This document shows, in pieces, positions 33,238 through 35,383 of a stretch of 35,383 nucleotides of DNA. Both the position numbers and the translations under genes were made by a program. The DNA comes from Rhizaria sp. SCN 62-66 (Eukaryota), in NCBI GenBank assembly GCA_001724265.1, contig MEDY01000319.1:1-35383 (forward strand), written 5' to 3'. The first letter of the stretch is position 1. Each line of letters opens with the position of its first letter. A model generated the notes under the pieces. It saw only the letters and a program-made list of their open reading frames with translations. It was not told where the DNA came from and ran no database searches.

Positions 33238-33934
33238 ACGAAGCAAACCCATCCTCAATTGTTTCTTGTTGTGAGAGCTGCGACCCACTTTCGCTCTCTC
33301 TGCCAGAGAATCGCGTCTCTGCTCATACCATCGCGTTGGGTCTAGATTAGAAACGAGTTTACAATGCACACGTGTTTTTTTTTTTATAAATCAGACAACG
33401 ATTTTGTCCACTGGATACGGGTCCTAGTTTCTCCCGCCGCAGAAAGTCTGTCAGATCTCGTTGCCGTCTCAGTCTTCTCAGACAACCTTTGTGCAGCTTC
33501 TCAGGCTTCGGCTTGCGTTTATCTGTGAATTTTGTCCGCGATACGTTTATTTGAAGCGCATTTGAGACCACAACAGCCTTAGTCGCTTCCTTAAAGCTGG
33601 TTAGAAGCAATGTTCTCGTTGCCAGATACTGCCAAGATCGCATCTGGCCAGAACTTTTACAGAGGTATATGGCTACATATCAACACATGACCTTTTATCG
33701 CTGTTATTTAGCACAATTTACATTAGCACTCCAAGTTTTATTTTATACAGAGATTGTTTTGATTGAGATATCTTCACTATTGGATCTCGAGATCGAGTTC
33801 GTTGCGGGTTCCTAAAAAATCGAGACCCCCAGCCGACCAACCAAGCGGCGGTGGCGGAAGTGAGGAGGCGACGAATCCGAGGGATATCTCCTGTTCGCAG
33901 TCGACAGGCTGATTTCATTTACACTGGATCAATC

Positions 33935-35383
33935 ATGTTGATGGAGACTGGTTTTTCCATTCCGAGTACGTACTACACCCGCTTTGCTTTGGCCTCCGCA
34001 TCCTCTTTTGAATTCGCCAATCTCACCGTTGTTGTGCGAGCGACGTGGCTGACTCTCTATCATCTTCCTTGGATCCCAACTAAGTATTTATATGCTTTGT
34101 TGTATCAACTGAGGCGTACTAAAGAACACAATCTATCTATTCCAGCCATCTCTTCCATTTCACACTGACCTTACACTCTACCCGACCCTTTCCCGTTTCC
34201 CCCCACCCATGACTTCGCTCTTCGCTTCCCTCGCATGTCATCATCAAACAACGTTTGTTGTGCCACTCTCCTCGCTTCACACCCACGTTCTTCACGTGCA
34301 CCCTATTACACTCCCGCGCACAGTCGCGAGCCAGGACTTGCCTCCCGCGGAGTCGCTGCTGCAGACGTTCGACAACCTGCAGCAGCTCAACGCGGCCGTC
34401 AACACACTCTTCGACCGTCTGTCCACGCGCGTCGCGGGCGAGCGCGCCAAGCTCACGGCCATTTGCGACCGCGTTGCGCGCGCCTCGCAGAAGGTTAAGC
34501 ACATTGCCTCGAACCAGAACCGCGTGTGCACGATCTTCTCGGCCTCCAAGTACCCCGCGCCGCCCGCCATCGCCGACTTCCCCAAAGTCGTATCCGAGAG
34601 CGACGCCGACCTGCCCGCGCCGCTCAACCGCGGCCGCTACCGCATGACGGCGCAGATGCGCGCGCAGCGGCCCGTGCCGACCGACACCTCGGACCTCTTC
34701 CAGACGCTGTCGCACGCCGCGGCGACGCGTGTTGACCGCGCCGCTGTCACCGAGGGCGCTGAGGGCGAGGAGGGCCTCGGCCGGCTCCCGACATACCTCC
34801 CGTCCATCGGCTCCGTGCTGCTGTTCAACTCGGACGAGAACCTGTACAAGAAGTACGAGTCCTTCAACAACCTCGAGGGTGTGGGCGGCCAGGACCGCGC
34901 CAAGACCTCCGGCGACCTTTTTTCGGCCCCCACGACCCTGGCCACGGGCGCCGAGCTCCCCGCGTTCGTCGGGCTGCAGTTCGACTACCGTCCCGACGCC
35001 GGCGCCATCCCCACGCTCCAGCTGCCCACGAACCTGCCGCTTGCGCGCCTTGCCGACATCTCCTTCGGCGGCTCCGCGGGCACCTCGATCGCGCCCTCCA
35101 CGCAGGCGCTCTTCACTCTGCCCACCTTCGCCTTCGATCTCAATGCCCCGCAGACGGGCACGGCGCGCCCACGCCAGCCCGCTGTGGTGTCAGCCGTGCC
35201 CGCAAACTACCACGCGCTCTCGGCCGTGGGCGCGCCACCGCCGCCCACCGCGGCCGCCGTCGCCGCCGCCGCCTCGGCGCCCCCGCCCTCGGCCGCCGCC
35301 ATCGCCCCCGCCGCCGCCGCGCCCTCCGCCGCCGCCGCCGCCGCGGGCACGAGAGCGGGCGCCACCGCTCCGCCGCCCGCGCC
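33935..35383 (+). CDS. WASH1: WASH complex subunit 1 (WAHD domain), 3'-truncated by the window; join(33935..33965,34324..>35383)
   Basis: A phase-1 intron (GTACGT...GCACAG) gives MLMETGFSIPIASQDL..ESLLQTFDNLQQL..TIFSASKYPAP and EEGLGRLP..SVLLFNSDENLYKKY, matching WASH1 signature blocks; Pro-rich region follows. Absent from the ORF track. Confidence 0.92.

Noticed and set aside
1-35383. TAG reassigned to an amino acid (none of the well-supported genes here ends in TAG, and two doubtful frames contain TAG)
   Set aside because: No in-frame TAG occurs in thousands of codons of the conserved genes, and about ten stops are too few to infer avoidance.
1-35383. Functional gene cluster, prokaryotic operon or mobile element
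   Set aside because: Genes are functionally unrelated, on mixed strands and contain spliceosomal introns; no transposase, RT, integrase or terminal repeats were seen.

Overview
Gene-dense nuclear DNA of a eukaryotic microbe (protist-like; taxon cannot be fixed from sequence alone), with GC-rich exons, AT-rich spacers, GT-AG introns of about 90-420 nt and the standard genetic code. In order: tRNA-Gly(TCC) (-), animal-type sulfite oxidase (+), CLASP-N/TOG-like protein (+, spliced), MATE transporter (-), a ~1470-aa orphan with a Ras-like P-loop visible only after splicing (-), a small acidic spliced gene (-), a possible small or degenerate membrane-protein gene (-), a Q/S/N-rich protein with two EF-hands ~840 aa apart (-), a signal-peptide protein with acidic spacers and eight [SAV]-hydrophobic-x-E motifs (+), mitochondrion-targeted TK1-type thymidine kinase (+, spliced), an NCKX-like Ca2+/cation antiporter with altered ion-binding repeats (-), a candidate micropeptide, and WASH1 (+, spliced, runs off the window). 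The best leads are the secreted pro-protein, the atypical P-loop protein, the split EF-hand protein, the variant exchanger and two candidate structured RNAs. All gene models are manual and no searches were run.
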